Below, piece by piece: positions 13,367 through 28,116 of a DNA stretch of 64,000 bases. Source of the DNA: Octopus vulgaris (Eukaryota); contig OX597823.1 in assembly GCA_951406725.2 (NCBI GenBank), forward strand, positions 8,866,001-8,930,000, written 5' to 3'. Below the pieces are notes generated by a model. That model was not told the origin of the DNA. It did not search any database and worked only from the letters and a program-made list of their open reading frames with translations. How positions within the stretch are numbered: position 1 is the stretch's first letter; the number at the start of each line of letters is the position of its first letter. A program made the translations under genes and the position numbers.

Positions 13367-16300
13367 TATATAATAATTTCTTTGTTTCAGTCCAGTCTAA
13401 TACTATATCGGGATGTATCATATCCAGAAATAAGATACTCACTGACTATCTAAGATCTAAACGAATGCTGCAATTGTTCAATAATCGAAAACGTTCTGTA
13501 TAAGCCGAATTATTTTTTTTATTGCTTTCTACTTCTGTTTCTTACACTCTAGGTCTTGAGATTTTCTTGTACCATATCTTATTGATCATATATTTTTACT
13601 AGTTACCTTCATCAAACTCTTTCTATCCAGATGTAAGGCCTTAAATGTTATGCCAGTCCCAATACTTGACTGGAACTTATATCTGAATGAAAAAAAGGTG
13701 TAATCGGTTGTTGGGTGAGAAGATCACTTTGCAATACGTTAATGACTGCATGAAACTGGCAAGTGTCTTCTATCACAACCCCGATAAGATCAAAGCCTTA
13801 AGAGCGAAATTTGGAAGGCAAAAACTGTGTAGAAGACTGCCACTGGGTACCGAATTCAGCAATATCTGGGTTTAGGACGGCGACATGCTACCTGAGTACC
13901 TGTTGCAGAAAACAGTATTCTCAGTTTTGAGGCTACCCCTCTCCCTACTTCCACAAGACATGGACATCATGAAAAAGTCCACGGATGTAACTCTTCCTAC
14001 TCCTCTCCATGTAAAGGAAATAGTGCTGTGTGTCAGTTGTAATTCAACACGCTATGAAGAAAAGGTATATTAGAGCTTGTGGTATCCGATGCTGTGCCCG
14101 ATCAATGTCAAATCAACAACCATATGCTGTTCCTTTGCTTGCTATATTCTCTTCTCTTTTTAACTTGGGTCTTATAATATTTATATAGGGTGCTTTTCAT
14201 GTAAATGTTTCTTCTGCTTTTACTAGAAACTCTCCTGAACAATTCATGTGTCAGTAACCTATGATATAGAAACAATATGTTATATTAATTAGCTGGTCGA
14301 ATAATTAAAGCTCATTAGACAACAGAGATAACTAATCAAATGATTTATGAATATATATGTGACTGATGTTGTGAAAAATATCTCAAGCCAGACGCATACA
14401 TACACGGATGCACATATACATGCGTACACATTATTACATACACGCATAAACATAGAATGCTTACACTAAAAAAATAATAACACACACGCACGGACATAAA
14501 CAAACACTCTAGGCTCTTGTTATTTTTCCCTCTCATTATCAAAACAAAATTGGGTAGCTATTTTCATTGGAAAATATTAAAGTAACTGATTATTTCATTT
14601 AATGAATAATGATTTTGTGCATATATTAAATCCTAAAGTAAAAAAATTAGAATAATATTGCCAATGCTCGGGGATTTAATATGCAAATACGAGAAGAAAT
14701 TATAGCTACCTTTCAAAGAGCATTGTAATTAAAGACAATGTCTTGGAGATATACACAGATTCAATGATTCGTTCAAACGAGGTAATTCATTTCAATGAAT
14801 ATTTTTGAGTGTCTCACGAAATATAATGAGTTTCGTTGCAAAGTCACAAGACTGTAATATGCAGACATCAACATTATTTGTATTCAAATATGCTTTAAGA
14901 GCAGCATCATGGTAACAGCGATGTTGAGAAACAGCAAGCAAGAAGTTAGAAATCAACTGTTGTAAAATTTCGACTAGGTTGGGTGTATAAATAATGATGA
15001 CAAAAAGAAATAAATAACTATGGTCTCCTGTTAAAGCACACAGACAACCGACCTCTCTGCTCTTTTACTATCAACTAAACTATTTACATTCTCAGAACAA
15101 TTAGCAAGTCTGAAAGGAGTTAGGAAACATTGTTGATCTAGTGGCCACAATCGGTTAAGTGACCAAAGTTTGTTTTCCCTAATAAGACAATAAAGAGAAT
15201 ACTGAAAGCGATATGGACTTTACAAAGGTGATCGCTAGAGACTGTAGCAGAATTGAGTTTACTATTTCATATTTGAGCTGCATTGAATGATAGCAAAAAG
15301 CTCTGGGGAAGAAATTGTTGTTAGTATTAGAGATGAAATGGCAATATGACTTAGAGCAGCTCGATCAGAATGATTGATATCATGTGTTTGTATTAATACA
15401 AACGCTGGAAGCCAATCACCTATTAAGACTAAATATTGACGGTGTTTTGTAATTGTATCTGAAAAGAAAATAAGCTACTCTTGAAGATGAATGAGACGAA
15501 GTTAGTAGAGCACACCAACAGAAGGGAACATAAAATTAATTATGGATTCATGAATGAAACAAGTAAATAGTATTTTGTTAACGTATTTTTCAGGGTAATG
15601 CTTTCAGTTTTAGAGAAATACTCAGTAGAAATTTCCGTATTCAGAAACGAGAGACAAATCAAGGAACGGGAGCACCTCTTCGATTAGAATTTATGTGGAA
15701 GTACGAGTAGAACATCAGGATAAATGTTAATAAACTCGATAATATAATGAGAATCGGTATACGAAGTCCGTTGCCGTATTATGTAACTATACTTCACTAT
15801 TATATTCTGTTTTATATGATTATTACGAGCATTTTTCGTTTGTATAAGACTATGTGGTTTAGGGAAGCATAACAGTCAACTTCATTGATTAAAAATATCT
15901 GCTATTTATTTAACCGATCTCTGAATTGTCAAAATCCACGCCGGAATTTCAACTAATTACTAAATGGAAGGAGACAAAACATCGAGATTTCTTTCGTGAT
16001 GCTCTGTTACTTATGTCTATCATTCACCAAAGCATGATAAATAATGTTTTATAAAAATTTATAACTTCGATACAAAGACATATTCTGGAGGAGGCAAAAG
16101 TAGATAAGATACATGTATGTTGCTTATTTCATCTACAATGTCGAAGACAACACTGACTCCTACTGGGTTTTATATATATAGAAATTAAAGTGAGGGATGT
16201 AGCAAAATAGCAAAATACTTCGAAACGTTTAGTCTGAGGACCAGGTGATTTTGAATATCCAGCCCTCATTCATAATAAATACTAATTTATAACTATGTAG

Positions 16301-17038
16301 GTTAAAATGTTGTTGGAAGAAACAGTCATTTATATCTACGCAAGTGCTTGAGTGACATGTATAGTACCAGGACGGGAAGTTTCATTGGCTTTATACGTAA
16401 GGGTCTATCAATTCTCATTTGAAAAATTTACAAAAGCAATGATGATCGTCCTGATTACGACAGCAACTATGTACTGTCTCTGTAAAATTTTGTAGGAAAA
16501 ATCGTACACGCAATCTTTTGCCACAACTCCTCTTCGGAATAGCTTCAAGAGGGCTTCCTCAATCTCAAGCTGCCTACAAGCGTCAACGAAGGACAAAGAA
16601 CAATTCGTGAGGGTCGATAACCATCGTTATCTGTGCTCTTCGGTGAGAATCATTACAAATGCGTTCCACTGAGGGAAAACATTGATTTCAAAACTCAGTA
16701 AGACAGCTTACTTTAGACAAAAGGAAAAGAAATATTTCACAGGGATATTTGAATAACATAAAGTCCTCTTTTTATAAATACAATAGACTATGTGATATTG
16801 GAAATTTTAAAGAATCCTCTAAATTCCAAATAAATGAATTTCTTTTCAACTTACAGGAATACATTAGAACTACTTCTCTAAAATTGATGTTTAGGAGATG
16901 TGTAGCATTACACTAAAACGTTGTATTTTCAGTTTAAGATCCAAACATTGTTTTCCTGTATGCCAAGGTTTTCTTGTGTGATAAATATAAATTGACTTGT
17001 AAGCTAATTTTTATCTATAATCACGGATTTAATCAGTA

Positions 17039-17039
<1 letters not shown>

Positions 17040-17074
<35 letters not shown>

Positions 17075-17125
17075 CAAATACTCACACACACAAACACACA
17101 TGCCTTTTAGTCACAGTGTACATAC

Positions 17126-17175
<50 letters not shown>

Positions 17176-17346
17176 GTATATATATATGTGCGTATGTGTA
17201 TTTATATGTGAACACACACTCCACACTCTTACACACACACACACACTCATATAAAGATATATATATATATATGTATATATTTATGCATGTACATATGAAT
17301 GCATAAATATTAGATGAATGGATAGATTGATAGATAGATAGATAGG

Positions 17347-17404
<58 letters not shown>

Positions 17405-17428
17405 TAGATAGATAGATAGATAGATAGA
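17040..17428. repeat. Compound microsatellite (CT)n,(CA)n,(TA)n,(GATA)n
   Basis: Direct reading. Confidence 0.9.
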
Positions 17429-17704
17429 TTAAATACACAAATATAATCATCAAAGTATAAGGCACGGAGAGACAAATATATAAGAGGGCAAGCCAAACAA
17501 GCAAAGCATGTATCTGACAAAGTGTAGAAATATGAAAGGAAATAACGAAAATACGAAATGTGTACTACGAAAATAAATACTCCGACATACGAAGTAAATA
17601 GTTAACCCACTATTTTGGGTTATACCTTATATAAAAAAAAGAAGTAAAAGAAATTAAAAAAAAAAACGATAGACATAAAAAAACCCCAAATATCTGGGTG
17701 ATGA

Positions 17705-17870
17705 GTAAGCCGATTGTGTCCATCCCACAGCTCGACTGGCACTTATCATATCTTCCCTGAAATAATGAAAGGCAAAGTCAGACTCGGCGGAACTGAACCC
17801 CAGAACTTAAAGACAAACGTAATGCTGCTATGCTTTTTACACGGCGTGCTAACGAATCTGCCAGCACACC
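17705..17870 (-). mobile_element. Degenerate SINE family E copy
   Basis: ATGAAAGGCAAAGTC...CGGCGGAA...GCGTGCTAACGAATCTGCCAGC matches 37239-37468. Confidence 0.6.
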
Positions 17871-19710
17871 ACATTGAGAAAAGAAAGAAAAAGATGTGAA
17901 ATTGACGGGGGATATGAGGAGGGTGAGATATTGAGGAAGAGAGAGAGAGAGAGATACCGAGCAATAGAAAACGAGAAAGTGAGAGGGACGAGAAGTGTGG
18001 GACAGGCCGGGAAGGAAGGGATAGAAACTAAGGGCAAAAGAGAGAAATTGAGGTGTGGAGAATAGAGAATGAAGAATTCACAATACTGGTATGTGCCATG
18101 TACCAGTGTACTTATATGGGATAGCTTGATAGTAGTTTTTCAATTCAACTCCTGACCAAATTTAACATCGAGAATTGGTTCACCAATTTTTGGTATGGCA
18201 CGTTCTCTGTTGAATAACTTCCTTTTACATGCGATAAAAGAAATATTTTATCTCTGATACAAATTTGTATGTACTGTGAAATGTTACCCCTCACAGTATA
18301 TTAAAATAATTTAAAGGACAGCAAATAATGATGCAATAATGTTGCAATAGCGGAAAAGGAAGAACTGAAATTAACAATGAAATACATACAGAGAAATTTC
18401 AGTTCATACATCGAGTACTTATATGATCCGTTAAAATTACCGCTAAGATGATGAAATTACTAGCTCGCCAATAAATTCTGGTAAGTTGACAATTATTACT
18501 CAAGTTTACAGATTTACCTAATAAACATCATGTGACTTTATAAACCGTTGTGTAACACAGCCTAGTCAAAGATACATGAAACATCGATTATCGCATTGGA
18601 TTCATTGCGATTGGTATCGATTTAATTGTATTTCGTATGTTCGTTTTAATACAAAGAATTTTCGAATTACTTTTCGATTTCCTTTTATGTATTTGTTTTC
18701 CAAGATTCATGCAGTGTAAACCCCCTGTTGAAACAGAAATTGTTATGCTTGGGGATGGTCCTATATTTTGTCAAGTAAGCACACGCACTACATATTCACT
18801 TCAGTTTTATTATTATTATAGTAGTTTCTTTTCAGAACAAGAGAAGACACGTATGATATAGAGTCGTTGAAGAGGTCACAGGATGTGTGATGAAAGAACT
18901 TTGACAAAGAAAGCGAAATAATAATAATAAAGCTAAAATGAAGACCAGATATGTTGCACGTATGTTGATTTACATAATATGACCATCCCCATGTGAAACA
19001 ATTTCAGATTTCCAGTTGTCCGAAATTCAGAAACAGTTTCCATCTACATTATGTTAATTCGACGAATTTCACTTCTCTGGATCTGTTCCATCTTTCAGTA
19101 GAATCATTCTACTGTTTGGCACGCCATCTGACCAGAGAGTACCCTTGTTGGTAAAGAAAGTGAAGGTTTTCAAGGCTCATATTTCAAATCCAAGTTGAAC
19201 AACCCATGAGCAACCCAAGCTAAATATTCACAAAACACTCCGCAGATTTCGAAACATTGAAAATGATTGGTAACCTGCAGAGGGACATGAAACTTAACGC
19301 TTTGCTTATAGCAACGAACCCTGCGCGTTTCATCATAGGATTAAGAGTATCGTTGATCATTCTAGACTGTTTCTCCTTTTACGTGCTGCTGTCCAAAATC
19401 AAATTATTTAAACATAAGTAACATACATGCTTTTAACGGGCAGAATAATTTGGAGGAACTTTGAACAAATTAATTCCAAAAGATTCTCTTGTAATTAACT
19501 AGTTCGCAATTCTTCATTTGACATCCACATTTGCCGACGGGGTTACTAGTTTTTACAATGAATAGAAAAGTACAAACAAACGACTGCATCAGACGAGATT
19601 CTATTTGTGTTGGAGAAACTTCTCGAGATGTTTCTTGTTTTTCTGGAAGGTTATTAATATCCTCGACTCACAGAACCGTGCCACCTACGAAAGCAACAAT
19701 AGTTACATAA

Positions 19711-20105
19711 TCTTTATATATAAAAGTGAGGTTGTGTGCTGTCTGTCTCCTACGATTTAGATTCCTAACTACTCCCACATTTTGCGGTGCAGTTTAACCA
19801 AAACCGGGTATCTTATAGTCGTGATTCATATCGAGCTCTTCTGGGTATTAGCGCGCGTCTACGATGTGTCTACGATTAAAAAAAAATTACCATCAATTTT
19901 TCCCATTTTTAATGCATTTTTGGCATATATAAGGGAAGTAACTCTCTAAAAATTTATTATTAAATCTCAGAACGTAAAAAGCTACGGTAACCCCCACCCC
20001 TTTGTGGTTAGCCATATTGAGATGGCTATTATACTTTACATCTCTAAAAATGCTTATATAGTTATTTCCCTTACAAACCCGAGCAACGCCGGGCGATACT
20101 GCTAG
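19711..20105 (+). mobile_element. Non-autonomous Helitron, copy 4
   Basis: A|TC start, hairpin + CTAG|T end; high identity to 12972-13366. Confidence 0.88.
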
Positions 20106-21085
20106 TATATCATATTTCTCTTGAATGTTGAAAGGAAAACGTCTTCCCTCGCAACCTGTTACTAAGCCTTTTCTCTGAACTGCTCCAAGCGGGCATTGTG
20201 AACGCGAAGCCAACTCTGAACTTCAGCGGAACATAGAGAACGTGGTCATCTAAGTTCGACAACCATTGATATCTTTGTAACAAGTGAGCAAACAAACAAT
20301 AATTTAGTTTATCTTTTTCGAGCTTCTAACGCAAAATCAATCGCTGTCTGCCATGGAATACATACTCAGAACGTTCGGGATGCTTCTGTCACCTGTTCCC
20401 CTTGTATTGCGTCTCTTTAAGTGGCAGATGGTCTCTAATCTTTAAAATAAATGTCAATGTTAAACAGAGATGTATTCTTTATTTCGTAATTTTCGACATT
20501 TATTTTGACATTGAGACACCTCCCTCTTCCTTTCTTTTCTCTAGTTTTTTCCCACTGGCAATAACGACTTTCAATAGCTCCTTTCTACATCAATTAACCC
20601 TTTTAAACTAATCCATATTAACTGCAATGGTTCAGTGACCATTGTTGTTAACGGAATAGTTGTTGTAGTTCCCTGTAGCACGTGATATTTGCCGAAACTC
20701 CCAGTGCAGTTGATTGGAAGGCACTGACGTTTGAACAGGACTTATATTGTGGTATATAAAGACAGCATATATTCTCTCGTCTTAATATAATGAGATTTTC
20801 CGAAAATATATGACACAGCAAATACATATAAACACTTATACATCAAGATATACACACAGCTAAATAGCATGGTTAGAATAAAAATATATATAAAAACAAA
20901 ATTGCAATAGTTGAAAGGAAATATAAAATAACATTGTTTATATCAATAAAATGCTAGAGGGCTGTCTCTATCATCATATATGTGTGTGTTGTATACATAT
21001 ATATATATATATATGTATACATATGTATGTCTATATATATACATACATATATATACATTTATACATATACTGTATATATATATGT

Positions 21086-21118
<33 letters not shown>

Positions 21119-21157
21119 TATATATACAGTATATGTATAAATGTATATATATGTATA

Positions 21158-21188
<31 letters not shown>

Positions 21189-22351
21189 GTAAATACATGC
21201 ATATTACACTAGTACATCTTACAGTTATGCAAACACACGAGTACATCTATATATCTGTGCATGTTAATGTTGGTGGATGGTAGAATAGCTTATTAATGAC
21301 GTTGTTTTAGATCTGCAAACAAAGTAAAATATAAAAAGGGATGGCACTCACTTCCAACACCGGAGGGTCATCATTAGTACATTAGACCTCATCGATGTTT
21401 CGCCTATTTAAGTACTGTATATCTCCATTAATCAACATAATAATATTTTATGGTACTTGATAAACGGTTCTACCACAAATTGCAGACATGTTTGAATCTA
21501 TATCTACAATGTATTATTTTCTCTTTATTCCTCGAATATTTTCTCTCTTTGTTCTCTCTTGGAATATTGCCAATATTGTGAGTAATATACTATCGATATA
21601 GTTTCATTTTATTGACCTGGCAAGAATATTATGCAAATTTTAGCCCGATTGGATTTGATCTCAAAACGATTTGAAAAAAGTCTTTAAAAAACATGTAGCT
21701 AATAATTTCCCTGTTTTATTACATACACCGTCGCATTGTTTGTCGTTGTTGCTGGGCTGCTGTGGTTGTAGTTTTGCCGTAAGTCAGGCTTGATGGAGGA
21801 GATTAGTTATGAAATGAACTCTAGCCATTGCTATCACCTTCATTTCAGGCATTGTGTACCACAAGCCAGTTAACCCGTGCAGAATAAAGAAACGAGATTC
21901 AGAGAAAGTTATACGTAGAAAACCCATTTATTTGATGCTGCAGTCAAAGCGGGAGGGAAGGATAGAGAGCGGGGATGAGGAACAAGGAGAGAGGGAGAGT
22001 GAGAAGATAGGAGAGGGGGAGATAGCAAAGAGAAGAGGAGAGAGAAGAGAGGGTAAGAGATGGAAAGAACTATGGAATGAGATGGAAGTGGAAATAGTTA
22101 GACAAGTATGGTAGAGTCAAAGATATAATTGATGATATTGAGAGTAGTGTGAGGATGGGGAGATTAATTAATTAATATAGACATATATAAATATTCGACA
22201 ATGACGGCTAATATAGCGATAGTGAAATTTCGTATGAAGGAAACATTTCCTATTTTGTAGGTTAGGAAGTCACTTCATATATATATATATATATATAAAA
22301 TTGGATTTAATCCTAAATCTAATTTTTCCCTGTAAGTTTGGATTTATTCCC

Positions 22352-22480
<129 letters not shown>

Positions 22481-22844
22481 AAGAAGGACGACAAAGGAAT
22501 AGATGATTATCTTATGAACTTCATTAGCTTACAGCTGTTTCTGCAATAGGATGCAGATGCAGTGGGTTTATAGTTGAGTGTTTGAATAACATCTTATAGC
22601 TTCATTGGAGTCTCGAATATGAAGTACAATTTATTTGGGAAAGAATTACATTTGTGCCTATATAGGGAATGTCATCAACGATGAGAAATATCAATATCTT
22701 CTCATTGCTGATGGCGTTCCCTATATCAGCCAACACTTCGTTCTGAAACATATGTATACTGAGTTCTACATCGGGTTATTGGTTCTGCAATAGCTAAACG
22801 AAGTGTATCTATCTATCTATCTATCTGTATATATATATATATAT

Positions 22845-22949
<105 letters not shown>

Positions 22950-23146
22950 AGAAGGTGAATGAATTATCCCAGTATGGATAATTCGGTTAACCGATACCTG
23001 GGTAGCAAATTCACGTCACAAAACACCGTTGAAGCTATATGCCAAGGCCAGGGATCCCGTGTTCTCGTGTGTAAATTTGTGTGTTTTTTTAACTATGAAT
23101 AAATGAAAGAATGGAGTCGAACGACGATTTTAACAAAATTCCTTTA

Positions 23147-23229
23147 CTCTCGACACATGTTTCGAAGGCTGCATATTCCTAATTCCGAAGGAATAAAGGG
23201 TGCATTATGCCGCCATCTCATCAGGAAAG
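23147..23229 (-). ncRNA. Type I hammerhead ribozyme motif (long helix II)
   Basis: Minus strand CTTTC-CTGATGA-GATGGC...GCCTTC-GAAAC-ATGT-GTC-GAGAG: full core, stem I CTTTC/GAGAG, GUC cleavage triplet. Confidence 0.75.
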
Positions 23230-23340
23230 ACAAGGAATTTATGTCAGCACCATGAAGAACAAAAACTTTTAAATGACTGCTCACATGATGTCCACAGTAA
23301 AAGGTTTTCGCTCTTCATGGTGCTGACATAAGTTCCTTGT

Positions 23341-23423
23341 CTTTCCTGATGATATGGCGGCATAATGCACCATTTATTCCCTCGGAATTAGGAATATGCA
23401 GCCTTCGAAACCTGTGTCGAGAG
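23341..23423 (+). ncRNA. Type I hammerhead ribozyme motif (inverted partner copy)
   Basis: CTTTC-CTGATGA-TATGGC...GCCTTC-GAAAC-CTGT-GTC-GAGAG; the first stem II pair is mutated relative to the minus copy. Confidence 0.65.
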
Positions 23424-23462
23424 TAAAATTTTGTTAAAATCGTCGTTCGACTCCTTTCTTTC

Positions 23463-24535
<1,073 letters not shown>

Positions 24536-24794
24536 GCGATTATCTCCCTTACACTGGAAGAAATCACTCACTACCTCCCCTTATTTAGAACTCTTTTAAA
24601 CATAAACATAACGATAACTCTATTCAATATAAACATAACGTCGTAAGAAATTTGAAAAGCTAAACGCGAAACCCGTCTTTCTTCTAAATTATGTCATTGT
24701 AAGGAAAAAAAAAATTTAATATTCATCACACATATTGACGCAAATATATATATATTTTAACCTTTAAGCCTTCTGTAGTTTTTTCACTTTTTAC

Positions 24795-24825
<31 letters not shown>

Positions 24826-26406
24826 ATGTTTGCGCTAAGTACTTTTTAGACATAAGCAAAATTTAGGTTATTTAAAATATGTTTGTCGCATATTTCGACT
24901 GCTAAAAGGCATATACACTGCATTTAACGTGAAGAAAATATCTGTCTTATGGTAAAAAGAGTGAAAATATCCGATTTGTTCAGTATTGACATCTATTAGG
25001 AATCCCAGACATCAATGTTTCTTGACTTTTGTCAATGAGATGTACTTTGAAACATCTGGGATTGCATCATACAATAGGGCTAAAATTTCCCGTTCATTGT
25101 TGGTAGAGAAAAACAATTCTAACTGTATAACCTTAGAGTAGCGTCATCTCATAGTTTAAGACGAAGTGAAGCAGACATTCTCTGTCAGCAGAAGGAAGAA
25201 AATTATATTTGTCCGAAAAATTTCGTAAACGAAATGTGTACATTTATAAATATATAAATGAATTGTCTGAAAATGCTCAGTACTATAATAATAGAGCCTA
25301 TATACTGTGTAACCATATATGAGGTTACAAATTGAGATATACTGCGAAACAGCACAATATATCTTCGTAGATATTAAATTCATATTGGAATTGCTGATCA
25401 AGTCTTTTGTTCCAGAGTCAAGCGTAAAGTTTCCCGAGTTTGTTACAATTGTATTTTTCTAGCAAGAAACATCGATGCATTATAATTAGCGTTTTGTGAG
25501 CGAAAACGAAAAAAAGGTATCGTTTTCGATACATCGCATAAATGAAATTCTGTGTGACTGAAAATATATGAAAACTATATGTATAATTACTGATATTTGC
25601 ATAGGAATAACTATATATAACTAGCATTTTAATCTATTAAAGTTCTTGGAGTACAGACAGATAAGTACTCTAATGCACAATATTATGACCAGATCTATGT
25701 AAATGTATGTGCAGATATACATTTAAATATACTGACGAACAGCATAAGGTATACTCGGAAATATTAAATAGATTTTTTTATTGGAAATGCTCCATATTTT
25801 TTTCGGTTCATAGAAAAACGACACCCATTTCATCTTTTACCAGTTTCACTTTCCCTTGAACTATAATAAGTAGTGGATACGTGGATATAAGATTGTTAAT
25901 GATAATCGGGGCAGTGGAAATACAAAGTACAGACGCAGGTACGCACATCTACACAAGTATTAAATACACATACACACACTCATACACACACAACAGAAAA
26001 AGGTAACATATATATTCGTAACACACGCAACAAGTTTCGTAGAAGTACATAGTGTCTTCATAAGGTCAGATTAATATTCTGCAATTTATTACACGATTTT
26101 GCACTCAAATTACAAATAACAACAACATTAGGACAACAGCTTCTACCTCAGCATGTTCGCACCAAATGCCATGCTGATAAAGGTAAAGATGAATACCGGG
26201 TAGTAGCAGCAGCAGCAGCAGTCCAATAATTTGGACCTGGAGATCTCCATTTCCAGAGACTTCGAGGGCCACTTCCCAGTGGTGTCGGGCGTCAACGAAG
26301 AGCCCTCGACTACAAGACGACCAAAGTTTTTTTTTTCCCCAGGGTCTGGGGTCTCCTGCCCCTAAGCCCTAGACCATCATCTAATCACCCTTACCCGTCT
26401 TGTTGC

Positions 26407-26441
26407 TTAACAACAACAACAACACCAACAGCAACAGCAGT

Positions 26442-26506
<65 letters not shown>

Positions 26507-26543
26507 GAGCAGTGGTGGTGGTTGTGGTGGTGGTGGTGGTGAT
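26407..26543. repeat. Compound trinucleotide microsatellite (AAC)(AGC)(AGT)(GGT)
   Basis: Direct reading. Confidence 0.9.
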
Positions 26544-27103
26544 GGCTGTCCTCATAGCTATCTCGATGAAATGTTCCATAGTCATAAGATATTATGGAGT
26601 GTTCAGTAACTTACTGATTATTTCGGATTCAAATGAAGTATTACTTCCCACGTTATAATAAATGGTAGGATACATTAAACTAGTTTTTCATTGAGAGTGT
26701 TATCTGTACCAAAGAATTATAGGTTAGTATTAAATCCTTAGCAGGCCAAGTTATTAGTTTTTCGTATTCATATTTTCGCTTCGAATTGTCGTGAAGAATT
26801 AAATAAGGTTTGTTTTGTATATTACGAATTTCTGGCTGCAATACGCGCCTGAATAGAAAATTGGTTGGTCAGGACTAAATTGCATTTGATTACAGGTCTG
26901 AATAATGGAGGTTAATGAAAAACATCCGAAACAATAAACTACTAAAGATCTTTCTTCATAGATCAAAGCTTAAACTTGATCTTCATTTCGTATGTGTGTC
27001 ACAGACTACGTACGTAGCTGCTATGAGTTTTATTTTGTTCCAGAGTCGGATACATTCAATAAGAACAAGTAAAACCGCTTCCTATCTCACCATATTGAGA
27101 ACT

Positions 27104-27645
27104 AATTCGATTCAATTCAATTCAATTTTTATTGGCTCAAGTAACAAAAGCAAGGCCATGTAGGGGGACAGGGAGTTATGTACAGGGAGGGTGGTCATAC
27201 AAAGAGTTCAGGCCATTTCTGGTCAAGAGAGACTTTGAACTGAGCGGTCGTCGGCATCTTCACTATCTCGTCCGGCAGCGTATTCCACGGATCCGCAACC
27301 CGGACGGAGAAAGCCCTCCTTCGATTGAGATGAAATCGTCGTAGATAGAGCTTTTCGGAGTGACCCCGCAGCCCACGCTCTGGAGTAGGAGTGAAGAACA
27401 GCTCTTTCAAGAGGTTACACTTTCCGCTTATGAGGTTGTGAGCAAGAATGAGATCCCCACGGCGTCGTCGTTTTTCGAGAGAATAAAGGTTGAGCGTCTT
27501 CAGCCTTTCTTCATAAGACAAATGCTTGAGACCAAGAACCATGCGGGTAGCCAGCTTCTGGACTTTTTCGAGATGATGTATGTCTTTGAGGAGAGAAGGA
27601 GAAGAGGCTTGAATCCCGTACTCTAATATGGGTTTCACCAGCGTG
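27104..27645 (-). mobile_element. CR1-clade LINE 3' fragment (ORF2 C-terminus + tail)
   Basis: PILEY...LEKVQKLATRMV...SYEERLKTLNLYSLEKRRRRGDLI...RGH...FSVRV..WN.LP; ends in AATAAA + (ATTGA)n tail. Confidence 0.9.
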
Positions 27646-28069
27646 ACATAATGTCGTTGTTTATTACTATATCTACTTATTCTCTGCTACAGCAAGTCTT
27701 CGAGGGATCTGATACGAATATTTTTGGGAGATTCGGGTATACGGTTTTATCGGGTATGATACACAATACCAGCTAGGAGAAACTTCCTGCAACTTGGGCG
27801 AAATGTTCTTTTCTACTTCAATTATTACGATCACTCATGTTCCTGTTTGGGTATCTTTACTGAATTATTTGCTTATATTGTTGGTTTAGTTACTAAATTT
27901 AACTTCGGTTTTACTATTTCCATTATTGTGACAACTGATTTTTCTGCAGTTTCTACCATTGCTAATGGTCGTAAACTAGCACACATACATACTCACACAA
28001 CTACATACATACATAAATATATACGTATATATATATATATATATGTATGTATATATGTATGTATATATG

Positions 28070-28116
<47 letters not shown>

